Assembly: GCA_963697165.1 (NCBI GenBank)
Contig: CAVOMX010000018.1
Span: 65,313-129,312, forward strand
DNA length: 64,000 nucleotides
Reading direction: 5' to 3'
Source: Candidatus Bathyarchaeota archaeon
GTDB taxonomy: Archaea; Thermoproteota; Bathyarchaeia; Bathyarchaeales; Bathyarchaeaceae
Shown here one piece after another: positions 20,722 to 31,859 of this stretch (the first letter of the stretch is position 1; each line of letters opens with the position of its first letter). Made by a program: the position numbers and the translations under genes. Below the pieces are notes generated by a model, which ran no database searches, had not been told where the DNA came from, and worked only from the letters and a program-made list of their open reading frames with translations.

Positions 20722-20834
20722 AAGGGGTTTCCTGAGGTTAAACACGGGAAATTATGAGAGAGAAAACATGGAAATTTATACTATTATACTCATTTTTTAA
20801 TCGGTCTTTTTTCCTGTATTTACTCCTTTTCAGT
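20722..20834. repeat. degenerate hairpin element, copy G
   Basis: GGGG-TTT-CCTG-AGG ... CCT-TTT-CAGT; shares ACGGGAA and GAGAGAAAACATGG with copy F; outer helix lost. Confidence 0.5.
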
Positions 20835-20880
20835 ATGCTGGAGAAATTTTGGCCTGAAGAAACGCGAATGAAAAATAATG

Positions 20881-21005
20881 TAGGAAGAAGGGTTTGCTGA
20901 GGCTTTAGCACAGTCGTTGATGAGTGATGAAACAATTATAGGCCGAATAGAGGAGAATCATGTTTCAGTCTTCTGTGTTTGAGCCTTTTCAGTCCCTTAT
21001 TCCTA
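20881..21005. ncRNA. bulge-helix-bulge-type hairpin element, copy B
   Basis: TAGGAAgAAGGG-TTT-GCTG-AGGCT ... AGCCT-TTT-CAGT-CCCTTaTTCCTA; inner stem replaced by TGAAACA/TGTTTCA. Confidence 0.7.
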
Positions 21006-21047
21006 TAATCTTTAACTCCCACAAAAAAAGGGAGGGAAAATTTGGGA

Positions 21048-23776
21048 TTATTTTCGCTTTTTGTAATACCCAGAAAGCTGCTACGCCTACTACTGCTAGC
21101 AACAACTACAGCTGCGATGATTGCGACTTCGGTGGTGATCAAAGGTGTTTCAGGGGTTGGCTCTGGCGAAGGCGAGGGTGACGGTTCAGGTGAGGGTGAA
21201 GGCGATGGCGAAGGTGAAGGTTCAGGTGAAGGCGATGGCGAAGGTGATGGAGAAGGTGAAGGTGATGGCGAAGGCGAAGGTGAAGGTTCAGGTTCTATTG
21301 GACCACCAGGTGAAGTTGCTGGACCTACTGTAACCCATGTAGTAGAAGATGAGCTACCGTAGGAGTCGTCTGCTTCAAAAGATGCAATTATCTTGTATGT
21401 GCCTTCTGCTGTTGGAGTCCAAGCTTTTCCAAAGGTTCCCGAATATCCGTCAGTTGTTACAGTCCCGATATCAACATACGATCCATCTTCAGCTATTGCA
21501 CTAAGAACTACTGGAACCCCAGTAATCGTCTCGTTGTGCCAAATGCCGTCAATTGGATACCCGAAGAATAGGTATTGCATTTGAGTATTCATAGAATCTG
21601 CAGATACGCATGGTGTGCCTGACAGATCTGGACTCATGTCAAGGACACTTCCTGTTATCGTCATAGCCGTTCCTTTTGGTACAGCAGTTAATGGACCCAT
21701 AACTGTTGTTTCGCTTTCACCTTTGCCGAAGACATACATGTATCCGTCATTGCTGGTAATTGTGAGGTATCCGTCTGCTATTGGACCTGGACCTCCCCAA
21801 GTCCATGGTCCCTCTAGTTTCCATACTGGCTCGCCTGTAATAGCGTCCACACAGTTTACTCCCCATCCTCTTGTGATGGGCGGAGTTGGAGTGTGCTCGT
21901 TATTTAATGTGTAGAGTTTTCCATCAGCAATCCAAGCATCTACTATCGAACGAATATACTGTTGTGCCGATCATGTCACGATATGGAGTTTCGTATACGC
22001 TTGATGCTGGGTCTTCGTATTTCCATACTATGTCCCCAGTGTCCCAGTCAAAGGCATAGATACCGTCGTAGGATTGTCGGTAAAACATGCCGTAAGCTGA
22101 CTCTATAGCGTATCCTCCGAAGCTGGCTTCTCCCCAAGGATATTCCATCAAATCGCTTGTCCATGCTAGGGTTCCTGTAGCTAGATTCCAACTTTGAAAT
22201 ACCCGCCTTTGAATAGTATTGCGACTTTTCCATGGTCTGCGACAGAAACTGATCCGCTATACATACCTTCGGAGGGCAATTCAACTTCCCAGAGCTGTTC
22301 ACCTGTTAGCAGGTTATAACCTTGTACTTTTGTTCCATAGGATTGCTCCCATTTGAGGTGGAGTTATACTGCTATATGTTGCACCATAGCCTGATTCGAA
22401 GTCATACAGAGTAGGAATACTGCTTCTCGCGTAGGATGTGTTGCTTATTATATCGGGTTCACGCCCACGGCCGATATTACCGAAACCAGCTGGCTTTTGC
22501 GCAGTGCTCCAGTTGATTAAACGGTATTCAGGGTGCCTGTCGCCGATGATTCTGTATGCTCAACGCATAGCAGTTCCGGTAGTACAACGCTGAGGACGTT
22601 AATGCTGGAATTTCCACGTCTAAACCTAAAGCTCCAGTGAATGGATTATACTTCTTCAGACGACCACCGCCTATGTAAATAAGACTTGCATAGCCTATAT
22701 CTCCAAAAGCGCGCCCTGAACCGCCAGGAACTTCTCCACTTCCCTCATCGTATTCGATGTATTGGGGTGTACCGTCAACATCTGTCTTTTCCCAGTAGAT
22801 TTCACCTGTACGTAAATCATAGCACTGCCAAACGCTTCCTGTAGTTCCATCCGGCAACACTTTTGTAACTGTTTGGTAGCATCTTCCAGCATAGATTATG
22901 TTTGGTGTACCTGGATCCCCGCTCATTTGGAACATTGGGACGTTCGATCCTCTTCTCGCTTCCCCTCCGACTACGCCAGCTATGTCTCCTTGTCGTCTCC
23001 ACACTATGTGAGATGTCTCTGGTGCCTCGCGATACGGAAGGAAATCATATCTGTCACTATAGAATCTGTTTGTGTCAGCTGGCCAGTCTGATCCCACTCC
23101 CGGACCATGCCATGGATAGTTTCCTGCTATTGATGCCCACTCTCTGTTCACAAATTGTATGGGTCGTGTCCAGTAGTCGGTTGGAAGAGCTAGACTCAGG
23201 CCAAGAATATACAATGTCTTCTTGTACTGTCAAGTTCCTGCTTTGCAGTGGAGGTAGGTCTATAGTAGCAATCATCATCAAAGTGGATGGTGACACCAGC
23301 TACGGTCGCACCACCAGCGATATGCTTGGTAGTCTCCTGCTGGGAAATAGCTTCCAGGGAAGATAAACTGGATTGTCCATGTACCAACCTGGTCAACTAT
23401 CCATGGGAACCACGATGTTGAGTCTCCACGATAGGTAGGCAATGTGTAGTTCGGTTTCATGTCCTGAGGGATTTGTGATTACGACTGTGTAATCTGAGTG
23501 GTAGCGGACTACATGAGTTGGGGGCTCAAGCCACATGTTAACTAGGATTTCCTGGTTAACTCCTACGGGGTTAGGTCTGAAGCTGAGATAAGCTTTGGTG
23601 TCGACTTCGAAACTAGGAGTTACGCCAGCAGGAAGAGGTATTGAACCACCTTCTTCCACTCCTCCTGTACCTTGAGCTTGTATTGAAACAGTTGTCATTA
23701 GCATAAAAGCAGAAATCATCATAAGAACAATAACGATTGTAGCTGTTAATTTTGTTTTGTTTATTGAAAATTTCAA
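21048..23776 (-). CDS. large PQQ-like beta-propeller surface protein, paralog 1 (several frameshifts)
   Basis: signal peptide; 'YLSFRPNPVGVNQ', 'LPTDYWTRP', 'CYDLRTGEIYWE', 'YAFDWDTGDIVWKY', 'IADGYL', 'VFGKGES'; Pro-Ser linker, C-terminal TM helix and basic tail. Confidence 0.85.
21160..21295 (-). repeat. coding Pro-Ser (PS)n low-complexity linker
   Basis: hexamer repeats encoding EPEPSPSPSP... just before the TM anchor. Confidence 0.9.
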
Positions 23777-23811
23777 TTTTTTTTCTCCTTTATTTCATTT
23801 TTTTATTTTTT

Positions 23812-23913
23812 TGGGAAAGAAATTAAGCTAAAAAATGCTTACTAATTCCCCCAGAATGTTGTGTTGTAACAAAGATGTATTTAATATTAATTGTTTCAGC
23901 TTCCTAACTGACA
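23812..23913 (-). promoter_or_regulatory. shared promoter cassette copy 2 (leader hairpin 23812-23853; operator TTTCAG-N8-CTGACA 23894-23913)
   Basis: alignable with 19601, 59643, 63275; upstream of propeller paralog 1. Confidence 0.65.
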
Positions 23914-24016
23914 ACTTATGAACCATTAACATATTCTGATAACGATTAGAAGAAACAAATTTTGTTTTGTGTGCCCGAAAAGGTTTATTAACTGTTCTTT
24001 GTTTCTTAGCTACAAG

Positions 24017-24065
24017 TTCCTATGGGATGTGACCCGTTAGGGTTGAACCGAAAGAATGTGAGGAA
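24017..24065 (+). promoter_or_regulatory. structured 5' leader of rpl15e (candidate ribosomal leader)
   Basis: TTCCT/AGGAA closing stem and ACCC-GTTA-GGGT hairpin between BRE/TATA GAAAAGGTTTATTAA (23977-23991) and the ATG. Confidence 0.45.
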
Positions 24066-24071
24066 TAAGAA

Positions 24072-24646
24072 ATGGCATACAAATATATTGCAGAGGCTTG
24101 GAAAAAGCCAAATGAATCCTTTGTTAAGGACCTAATGTGGCAAAGAGCCATAACATGGAGAAAACAACACGCAATTCTTAAGAATCGAAAGACCAACCCG
24201 ACTAGACCGTGCAAGAAACCTTGGATACAAGGCAAAGCAGGGCATAGTAATGGCTCGGGTTCGAGTTAGACGATCAGGATTCAGGAAAAGTAAGACCAAC
24301 TGGCGGTCGCAGACAGAAACGGATGGGTGTCAACAAATTCAAAGTCGGCAAAAACATGAGATTGATTGCCGAGGAACGTGCTGGTAGACGTTTTCCGAAC
24401 TTAGAAGTTCTAAACTCCTACTGGGTATGGGAAGATGGACGCTTCAAATGGTACGAAGTAATAATGGTTGACCCCATGATCTTGCCTGATCATCCAGTAG
24501 CATTCCAGACAAGACGCGTATTCCGTGGCTTAACCAGTGCAGGCAAACAGGCTCGTGGACTACACAACAGAGGATTAGGCGCAGAAAAAGTTAGACCAAG
24601 CAAAAAAGCAATCCTAAAACGAAGAGCCAAACATCAACGCAAATAA
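24072..24646 (+). CDS. rpl15e: 50S ribosomal protein L15e (frameshift near 24182)
   Basis: '[13 protein letters not shown]' and '[37 protein letters not shown]...[10 protein letters not shown]'. Confidence 0.95.
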
Positions 24647-24772
24647 GTACAAGGGGCGTAGCCACGTTTTTTGATGGCACCCAACAAAATTTTCTTCTTT
24701 TTCTTATATTTTTTTGTTTCATGTTACTTGACATATTTATATCAAGTGACGTTATAGAATTCTGATGCGAGA

Positions 24773-25229
24773 GTGAGATATGATTTGTCTCAGCTGCCTA
24801 TAGCCTACGTGGATATCCGATTCTGTGCCCACGCCACCGAAGACCTAGACAAGGTCATGGAGGCAATTCACAATATTTTGCCAAACGACCAAACTGAAGA
24901 AATAGCATTTAACAAAAGCGTCTTAGAGGGGCATTACGGTAACCCAATAACCTTTTTTGAAGCAAGAATCAAGGATAAAGAAACAATTAGGGTATTAGTT
25001 GAGAAATCTGTCAGCTAATCTTGGTTCCTTGGATAAAGATGAGTTAGGCAGAGAAATAAACCGTTACTTTGAGAAAGGAAGTCTCTACATTCGACTGGAC
25101 AAGCAAGCTGCATTTCAAGGCAAAATCAAGCTCGTTACATCAGACCCCATACGCGTACGTATAAGATTTAGAAAATCGAAAATCGACGATGTAACCGAGA
25201 TTTGCAGAGAAATCGGGATGCTAACATGA
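24773..25229 (+). CDS. COG1325 RNA-binding protein (frameshifted)
   Basis: 'HATEDLDKV', 'GHYGNPI', 'LYIRLDKQAA'; usual neighbour of rpl15e/rnp3. Confidence 0.85.
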
Positions 25230-25955
25230 AACGGTTCGCTGACTTGCATCTTCGGGTACCACTAAAAGACATTTCTCAGACAGAAAAGATGGTATTAAAG
25301 CCCAAGAGCTAGGCTACAGCATAATAGGAATACCAATATCACCCCATGCATCACGAGAACAAATCAGCCAACTCAAGCAAATCTGCAGAGACGCAAAAGT
25401 AGATTTTGTTTCACGAATCAACCTTTCTCCCAGAAACTCCAAACGAACTACTAAATGACCTCCGCCAATTCAGACGAAAATTCGAAATCATATGCAGTAA
25501 GATGCGACACAAAAGACGTTGCCAGACAAGCAGCAAAAGACAGACGAGTAGACTTACTCCAATTTTCTGTTACAAACCTCCGCAAAAGATTCTTTGACGA
25601 ACAAGAAGCTGAACTTGCCTCGCAGGCTCTCTCATCACTCGAAATCGAGTTGGCTCCAATACTGCAGTTAACAAGTTTTTCCAGAATCCGCCTTATATCC
25701 AGTCTAAGAAAGGAAGTGGCAACAGCAGAAAGAGCAGGTGTGCCAATCATACTTTCCAGCGGCGCAACAACTGAACAGCTTATGAGAGGACCACGCGACT
25801 ATGCCGCATTGACAACCATCTTCGACTTGTCTTTACCCTCTGCATTGAAGGCTGTGTCGGAAACTCCGTGGGTTACGGTTGAAAGAAACAGGAAAAAATT
25901 GAGTCCAGATTATGTGGCTCCGGGAATACGGGTTGTAGGAAGGAAAACCGTTTGA
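25226..25955 (+). CDS. rnp3: RNase P protein component 3 (Rpp30), frameshifted
   Basis: 'FADLHL' start, 'RRVDLL', 'PIILSSGA...MRGPRD'; operon context. Confidence 0.85.
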
Positions 25956-26266
25956 TTAAACGAGAAAAGAGACGCTATTTAGCTCTCAAAGTTGAATGCA
26001 AGCAGCCACCAGATGAACTTGCAGTATTGGATGCTGTTTATGCTTCGGTTCAGAGGCTCTTTGGCGAGTATGGCGCCAGCCAAGCAAACATCAAACCGAT
26101 AAAATATCTTCCAGAAAAAAGCCAATTTGTTATCCGCTGTTCTCACCTAATGCTTGAGCGGGTCAGAGCTGCCATCGCCTCAACTGTTGAAGTAAACGGA
26201 ATAAAAGCAGCAGTTCATGTAGTGGGCGTCTCGGGAACACTGAAGGCGCTATCCAAAAAGACATAA
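25952..26266 (+). CDS. rnp2: RNase P protein component 2 (Pop5/Rpp14)
   Basis: 'REKRRYL', 'LFGEYG', 'VSGTLK'. Confidence 0.9.
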   Translation: MIKREKRRYLALKVECKQPPDELAVLDAVYASVQRLFGEYGASQANIKPIKYLPEKSQFVIRCSHLMLERVRAAIASTVEVNGIKAAVHVVGVSGTLKALSKKT

Positions 26267-26275
26267 AAAAAGAGA

Positions 26276-26293
26276 AGGGGTTGCGCCCTTTTT
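26276..26293. terminator. short hairpin/T-tract between convergent rnp2 and amt
   Basis: AAGGG-gttgcg-CCCTT followed by T-run, A-run to the left. Confidence 0.4.
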
Positions 26294-26312
26294 AGGCGCT
26301 GACATAGGCTTA

Positions 26313-27628
26313 TTAGTTGTCTTCCATCATGTCTTCGGGGTATGCCAAGGTCTTGTGCAGTGCTATGTCCAGTCCGTAGAGTTCTTCGTCCCTTGTGACA
26401 CGCAGTATTTTCAGTTTATTCAAGGCAGTGAACATTATCAGTCCCATTACTCCAGCCCATAGTGCTATTGATCCTGCGCCGATTAGCCTGTACTCCGATT
26501 TGGTGAATCCATTCACTGACAGTTGCGAATCCGTATATTGGGTGTCCTCCAAGTGCTTGTGCACCGAATAGTCCTGTAGCGATTGTTCCCCAGATTCCAC
26601 ATGCTGCGTGCACTGGGAAACAGGCAGTAGCATCGTCAATGTGCAGTTTGTATTCCACTAGTCCAGTAACGAACGTGGTGATTACTCCTGCGACGATACC
26701 GATTACGAACGCTGCTAGTGGATGAACCAGTGCCGCTCCTGAACATATTGCTACAGCTCCCGCAAGCAAGCCCACCATGCTTGTTAGCACGTGACCTCTT
26801 GAGGTAATTGCTGCACCGAACATGCCTCCAGCCATACACATTGCTGTGGTTAGTGAAACCCATGCTAGTTCTACGTTGATTGTCATTGGATCTGATGCTA
26901 CGCTTGAGCCGACGTTGAAACCAAACCATCCGAACGCCAACAGCCATGCACCGATTACTGACAGCGGAATGCTATGCCCAAAGAACGTCCGCGGCATCTT
27001 GTGTTTACCAACGAATTTTCCAATCCTTGGACCTATAACGTATGCTCCAGTTATTGCCAGCATACCTCCGACCAGGTGAACTACACTTGAACCAGCGTAA
27101 TCGATGTATCCGATTTGTGATAACCAGCCTCCACCCCAAACCCAGTGTTCAACCACAGGATAGATGAAGCCTGCTATGCCTACAGCGGCTAGTATCCATC
27201 CCCAGAACTTGTCACGTTCGGCCAATGCTCCAGGAACGATGCCCACGACGGTTATAGCAAACATCGCCATTTTGAACCATGTTGCAAGGTCAGCAATACC
27301 AGACGGGCTTGCGGGTATGCCATAAGCTCCGGTTTCAGACAGTAATGGCGGCAACGGGTTAGCAATTGTGGGAACAAACTGCGGTAACCCTAATACAGGG
27401 TTAGACTACGTAGTATGCCAGCGGGAAACCTATTAAGAAATAGACAACAAACGCTAGTGTCCATCCTACGTTGATTTGAAGTATCGTATGAGTAACGTTC
27501 TTTTTGCGAACCATTCCTGCATAGAACAGGGCAAAACCTGCTGTTGCCATTATGAAAATGGCTACAGGTGCCCATCCTACGAAGAAGTTCTGCTGGAACG
27601 CCGCCCATACTTCATCTGTCATAGTCAT
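26313..27628 (-). CDS. amt: ammonium transporter (two frameshifts)
   Basis: 'GFALFYAGMVRKKN', 'GALAER', 'HWVWGGGWL', 'DYAGSSVVH', 'GWFGFNVGS', 'IDDA...FPVH', 'EELYGLDIALH'. Confidence 0.95.
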
Positions 27629-27643
27629 TGTTTATCATTCCTA

Positions 27644-28385
27644 TTAATTACCGCCGAACCAAACCGGCTTCAGCGAAAAGGGTATCTCTTCTACTGACAG
27701 CCCACCTGCTGCAATGTTTAGTTTTAGTACTTGAGGTTTTAAGGGTACGCTTCGCGACTTCCGAAGAAGGAAAACACGTGTCCATACTACGTCATGCTTT
27801 CGGTAGTCAAGATATATCAAGTGGTCTACAAGGTATTCGGTGATTCCTGGATTCGGGGGAATACCTTCGGCACTAAATAGCACAGTGGCTCCTTGGCGTT
27901 TGGTTTCTATTAGTAGCTTCATGAAGACTTGCTCGGAATTCATTAGAGTTAGATAACCGCCTAGCCAGTGAAGATAGTGAGTCAATTACAATTCTGGAGG
28001 CACCGGGTTGTGCAGCTAATCCTTTTTCAACGATGCCCATGGCTTCCTGTTTTGTCAACCAGACAGTATTCGCTATGTAGCTTGCAGTGATAGACAAGTT
28101 AACGACTTTTATTGTTCCATTTCGGATTAGGTTAGGGAAGTCGGACCAGAGTTCGCCTCCTGTTCGCATTACTGTTTCAGGGGTTTCTTCTGTTGTGATG
28201 TACAGGCATTTTTCGCCGTTCTTTGCGCCTTTGTAAAGGAATTGCAAACAGCAGATAGTTTTACCAGTACCAGGTTCACCTCGCACCAGTATTGCATCGC
28301 CTTTTGGAATGCCGGGAATAAATTTTTCCAGGCCATCCAGCCCGATGTCGATCCATTCAATATTTGACGTTTGTTGCATTGTCAT
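27644..28385 (-). CDS. single-domain KaiC/RAD55-family ATPase, copy 1 (frameshifted)
   Basis: Walker A GEPGTGKT, 'YITTEE', Walker B 'IVIDSLS', 'EYLVDHLIYL', 'LRKSRS'. Confidence 0.9.
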
Positions 28386-28485
28386 ACTGAATCACCTCTC
28401 ATTCAATTAAAATGAGGTAATATTGACAATTTGTATATAAATATTTCCTTTTCTCTGAATGTTTTTTTAGAAAAATAACTATTAA

Positions 28486-28499
28486 TGAACAATTGTTCA
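28486..28499. promoter_or_regulatory. perfect palindrome TGAACAATTGTTCA upstream of KaiC-like/amt genes
   Basis: 14-bp perfect palindrome; related palindrome at the equivalent position of the duplicate (29859-29876). Confidence 0.5.
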
Positions 28500-29014
28500 A
28501 GATGTCATTAACAAATCAAGCATGACATAATCAATTTTTCAACTGATTAATCCAAAACAATTTATTACTAAAAAATAAATCATTAAAAATCCTTTTAATT
28601 CAAAAAGAGTGAACCGATAAAATATACACATTCATGAGCACACAAAAGATCAAAAACGGTGCGGGCAACCGATTTAAAATCTTTAATTGTAAAAAACATC
28701 GAGCTGTTTTGTAAAGCTTGGCGCTACAACCCAAAGATACATTATCAAAAAAGTATTGAGAATAGTGTGACTCTGTTTGAGATCGAGTCCAGCTCCATCA
28801 TCTGTTATTAATTTGCCAGAAGCAATAGGCTAATAACAAAGCAGTAAAGCCAAAAAGGGCTAACCGTGAATCTCAGTTAAATCCCCATCACTTATGTTTG
28901 TTTTAGGAAAAAGAAAAAGTCAACCTCACAATTAATGTGAGGTAATCTAAACAATGAAGTTTTGCTGAAACACAAAATAAACTTCATGAGTATAGTGATT
29001 GTTTATTCGCTTGT

Positions 29015-29760
29015 TTAGATTTTGCTTTGGAACCACACAGGATTTAGTGCGAATGGTGTTTCTTCTACTGATAGTCCACCTTTTTCGATGTAAAGTTTGA
29101 GTATTTGGGGTTTTAGGGGTACGCTTCGGATTTTCGAAGAATGAAAACGCGGGTCCACTCTGTGTCTTGTTTTCGGTAGTCAAGGTATACTCAAGTGGTC
29201 TACAAGGTATTCGGTGATGTCTGGCGTTAGAGGGATACCTTCGGCGGTGAGTAGTACAGGTTGATCCTTGGCGTTTGGTTTCCAGTAGTAGCTTCATGAA
29301 GACTTCTCGGAATTCTTCGGGGTTAGAGAGACGTTTTTCCAGTGAAGATAGAGAGTCAATTACTATTCTTGAGGCTCCGGGTTGTGTAGCCATTCCTTTT
29401 TCAGCAATGTTCATTGCTTCTGCTTTTTCAATTACACCGTATTGGCTGGCATAGTCTGCAGTGATAGACATGTCAACGATTTGTATTGTTCCATTTTTGA
29501 CTAGTTGTGGAAAGTCTGACCAGATTTCGCCACCTGCTCGCATTATTGATTCGGGGCTTTCTTCTGTTGTAATGTATAAGCATTTTTCGCCACTTCTTTG
29601 CGCCTTTGTATAGGAATTGTAAACATACAATAGTTTTGCCAGTGCCTGGGTCACCTCTCACTAGTATTGCATCACCTTTTGGTAGCCCTGGAATGAATTC
29701 GTCTAGTCCAGTCACTCCGAAGTCGACCCATTCAATTTTTGATACTTTTTGTGCCATCAT
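29015..29760 (-). CDS. single-domain KaiC/RAD55-family ATPase, copy 2 (frameshifted)
   Basis: GDPGTGKT, 'YITTEE', 'QPGASRIVIDSLSSL'; clear tandem paralog of copy 1. Confidence 0.85.
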
Positions 29761-30204
29761 ACTGAATCACATCTTATTCAATTAATAATGTTAGTTATTG
29801 ATTGTTTGTATATAAACATTTTCTTTTTAATGAATGTTTATTGATAAAATAGGTATAAATTGAATAAGTGTTCAATATGTTATTATTAAATCACATAGAC
29901 ATATCAACATTTTCAATTGATTAATACTAGACGATGTTTTACTAATAAACCACGAAAAATGTTGTAAATCAAAATACACCGAACAAACAAAATATACATT
30001 TTATGCTCAAATAAAGACGGTGAAAATTGGGCTGGCGACCAGAGAAATTATCAAAAAATGAAAAAATCAAAAGCTGAACAAAAAACACACAAACCCAACC
30101 AGCAGGTAATCACAAGCATATAGTAGCCCAAAAGGGGGTGGCGCCAAAAACTCTAAATCCAGATTGCATATATAGACAAAAAAAATGCATAAAGGTCTAG
30201 AACG

Positions 30205-31078
30205 TTAGCTTTTTCCTGTTTTGGATAACTCGGTCTTTATTTGCTGTTCTGCACACTCTGCATATGATTTGTCCATCTCAAAGCCGATGTAGTCAACGCC
30301 CAGCCTCATGCAAGCAACAGCAGTATTCCCGATGCCCATGAACGGGTCTAAAACAAGCTTTGTCTTTTCTAGTCCATGAAGCATGATGCACATCATCGGC
30401 AGTTTAGGCGGAAACGAAGAAGGATGTGGTCTTTGCTTTTTTCGCGACCAGATCGTCTCGTATGGAATAAACCAAGTGTCCCCTCGGTCTCTAAGGTCCA
30501 GAACCAGCATTCTTCCATCGTCCAATGTTACTCTTATCTTGATAAGGCACACCAACCGCCAGTTTATCAAGTCTAACTTTTCCGTCTTTAGTGAACTGAA
30601 AAATATATTCATGGCACTTGTTCACGAAACGTTCACTGTTAACGGGTTTAAAGTGACCAACAGCAATATCCCCCCGATGTTCGGATAATCGCCAACATCC
30701 TCTTTTGGTATGGCAATTGATTTAATCCAATGAATAACATTCTGCAAAACAAAATGTTTCCTTGAACCTAAACGCCAGCTCCCAAGCAACCCACGGGTCC
30801 TTAGAGTTGTATCCAACATTCAGAAAAAACGAGCCGCAGTCACTAAGAACACGCTTACATTCCTGGGCAACCTTCTCCATCCAATCAAGATACACGGCTC
30901 TCGAAACCGAATCATTATACGAATTATATTTTATGCCCAAATTGTATGGCGGAGAAGTCACAATTGCATCCACTTCCCCATCCTCAAGAAACCGCCTCAT
31001 ACCCTCAAGGCAATCCATAACAACTATCCTGTTCCTTTCACAACGCAAAACTACGCCAACCTTCCAAACAACAAACAA
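30205..31078 (-). CDS. orphan N4/N6 DNA methyltransferase, beta class (frameshifted)
   Basis: 'TSPPYN' before 'HPSSFP' and 'VLDPFMGIG'; no endonuclease adjacent. Confidence 0.9.
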
Positions 31079-31153
31079 CTAACAAAGACGTTCATATTAG
31101 GAGTCTAATAATACTTCATTGTTAAAAACAGCATCTTTCTCAGAAAACTACCT

Positions 31154-31834
31154 TCAAACGTTTAGGATATCTGGCCTGTCGCTTGCGATGCCATCAACTC
31201 CTTTTTTCATGTATTCAGCAACCTCTTCCTTGCTGTTGATCGTCCAAACAATCACCTTCAAACCCTTTTCGTGAGCCTTCTTGACATTTATAGAGTGAGT
31301 GAAACGATACAACGAAAGCAGATAATTTGCTTTCAAATCCAGAGCAGACTGTATAGGGTTTTTGTGATTCACATAAATCAAACCAGTGGCCACCTCAGCA
31401 TTAAGTTCCCTAACCCTTTGCAGAACCTCTTCATGAAAAGAAACAATTATCACATTATCCATGAGCCCCTTCTGACTGATCAAACCCAGAACTTGTTCTT
31501 CAATACCCACTTCCTTGAGCTCAATCAGAATCTTCACACGTTTACCTACAAAATCTAGCACCTCCGCCAAGGTAGGAACCTTCTCGCCCTTCTCAGTAAC
31601 CAGCCGTTTTATCTCATCTAAAGTAAGCTCATTAACCGAGCCGGTGCCATCAGTAGTCTTGTTTACATCAGCATTGTGAATAACAACAAGTTCATTGTCC
31701 TTTGTTTTTCGGACATCCAATTCAACCGCATCAACCCCAAGCTCGATTGCTCTCTGGAAGCTACGTACGGTATTTTCTGGCTCGTAAGCTCTCGCTCCCC
31801 GATGACCTATCTTCAACATGAAAATCACAACCAA
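31154..31834 (-). CDS. glycerophosphodiester phosphodiesterase
   Basis: 'GHRGA...PENT', 'ELDVRKTKD..LVVIH', 'VWTIN', 'GIASDRP'. Confidence 0.93.
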   Translation of the reverse strand: MVVIFMLKIGHRGARAYEPENTVRSFQRAIELGVDAVELDVRKTKDNELVVIHNADVNKTTDGTGSVNELTLDEIKRLVTEKGEKVPTLAEVLDFVGKRVKILIELKEVGIEEQVLGLISQKGLMDNVIIVSFHEEVLQRVRELNAEVATGLIYVNHKNPIQSALDLKANYLLSLYRFTHSINVKKAHEKGLKVIVWTINSKEEVAEYMKKGVDGIASDRPDILNV

Positions 31835-31859
31835 AACAGAATGCTATACCGTAGTATGC

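Noticed and set aside
24651..30145. Short AAGGGG...GCC words at 24651, 26275 and 30132 as a REP-like family
   Set aside because: Too short and variable; compatible with ordinary terminator-region sequence
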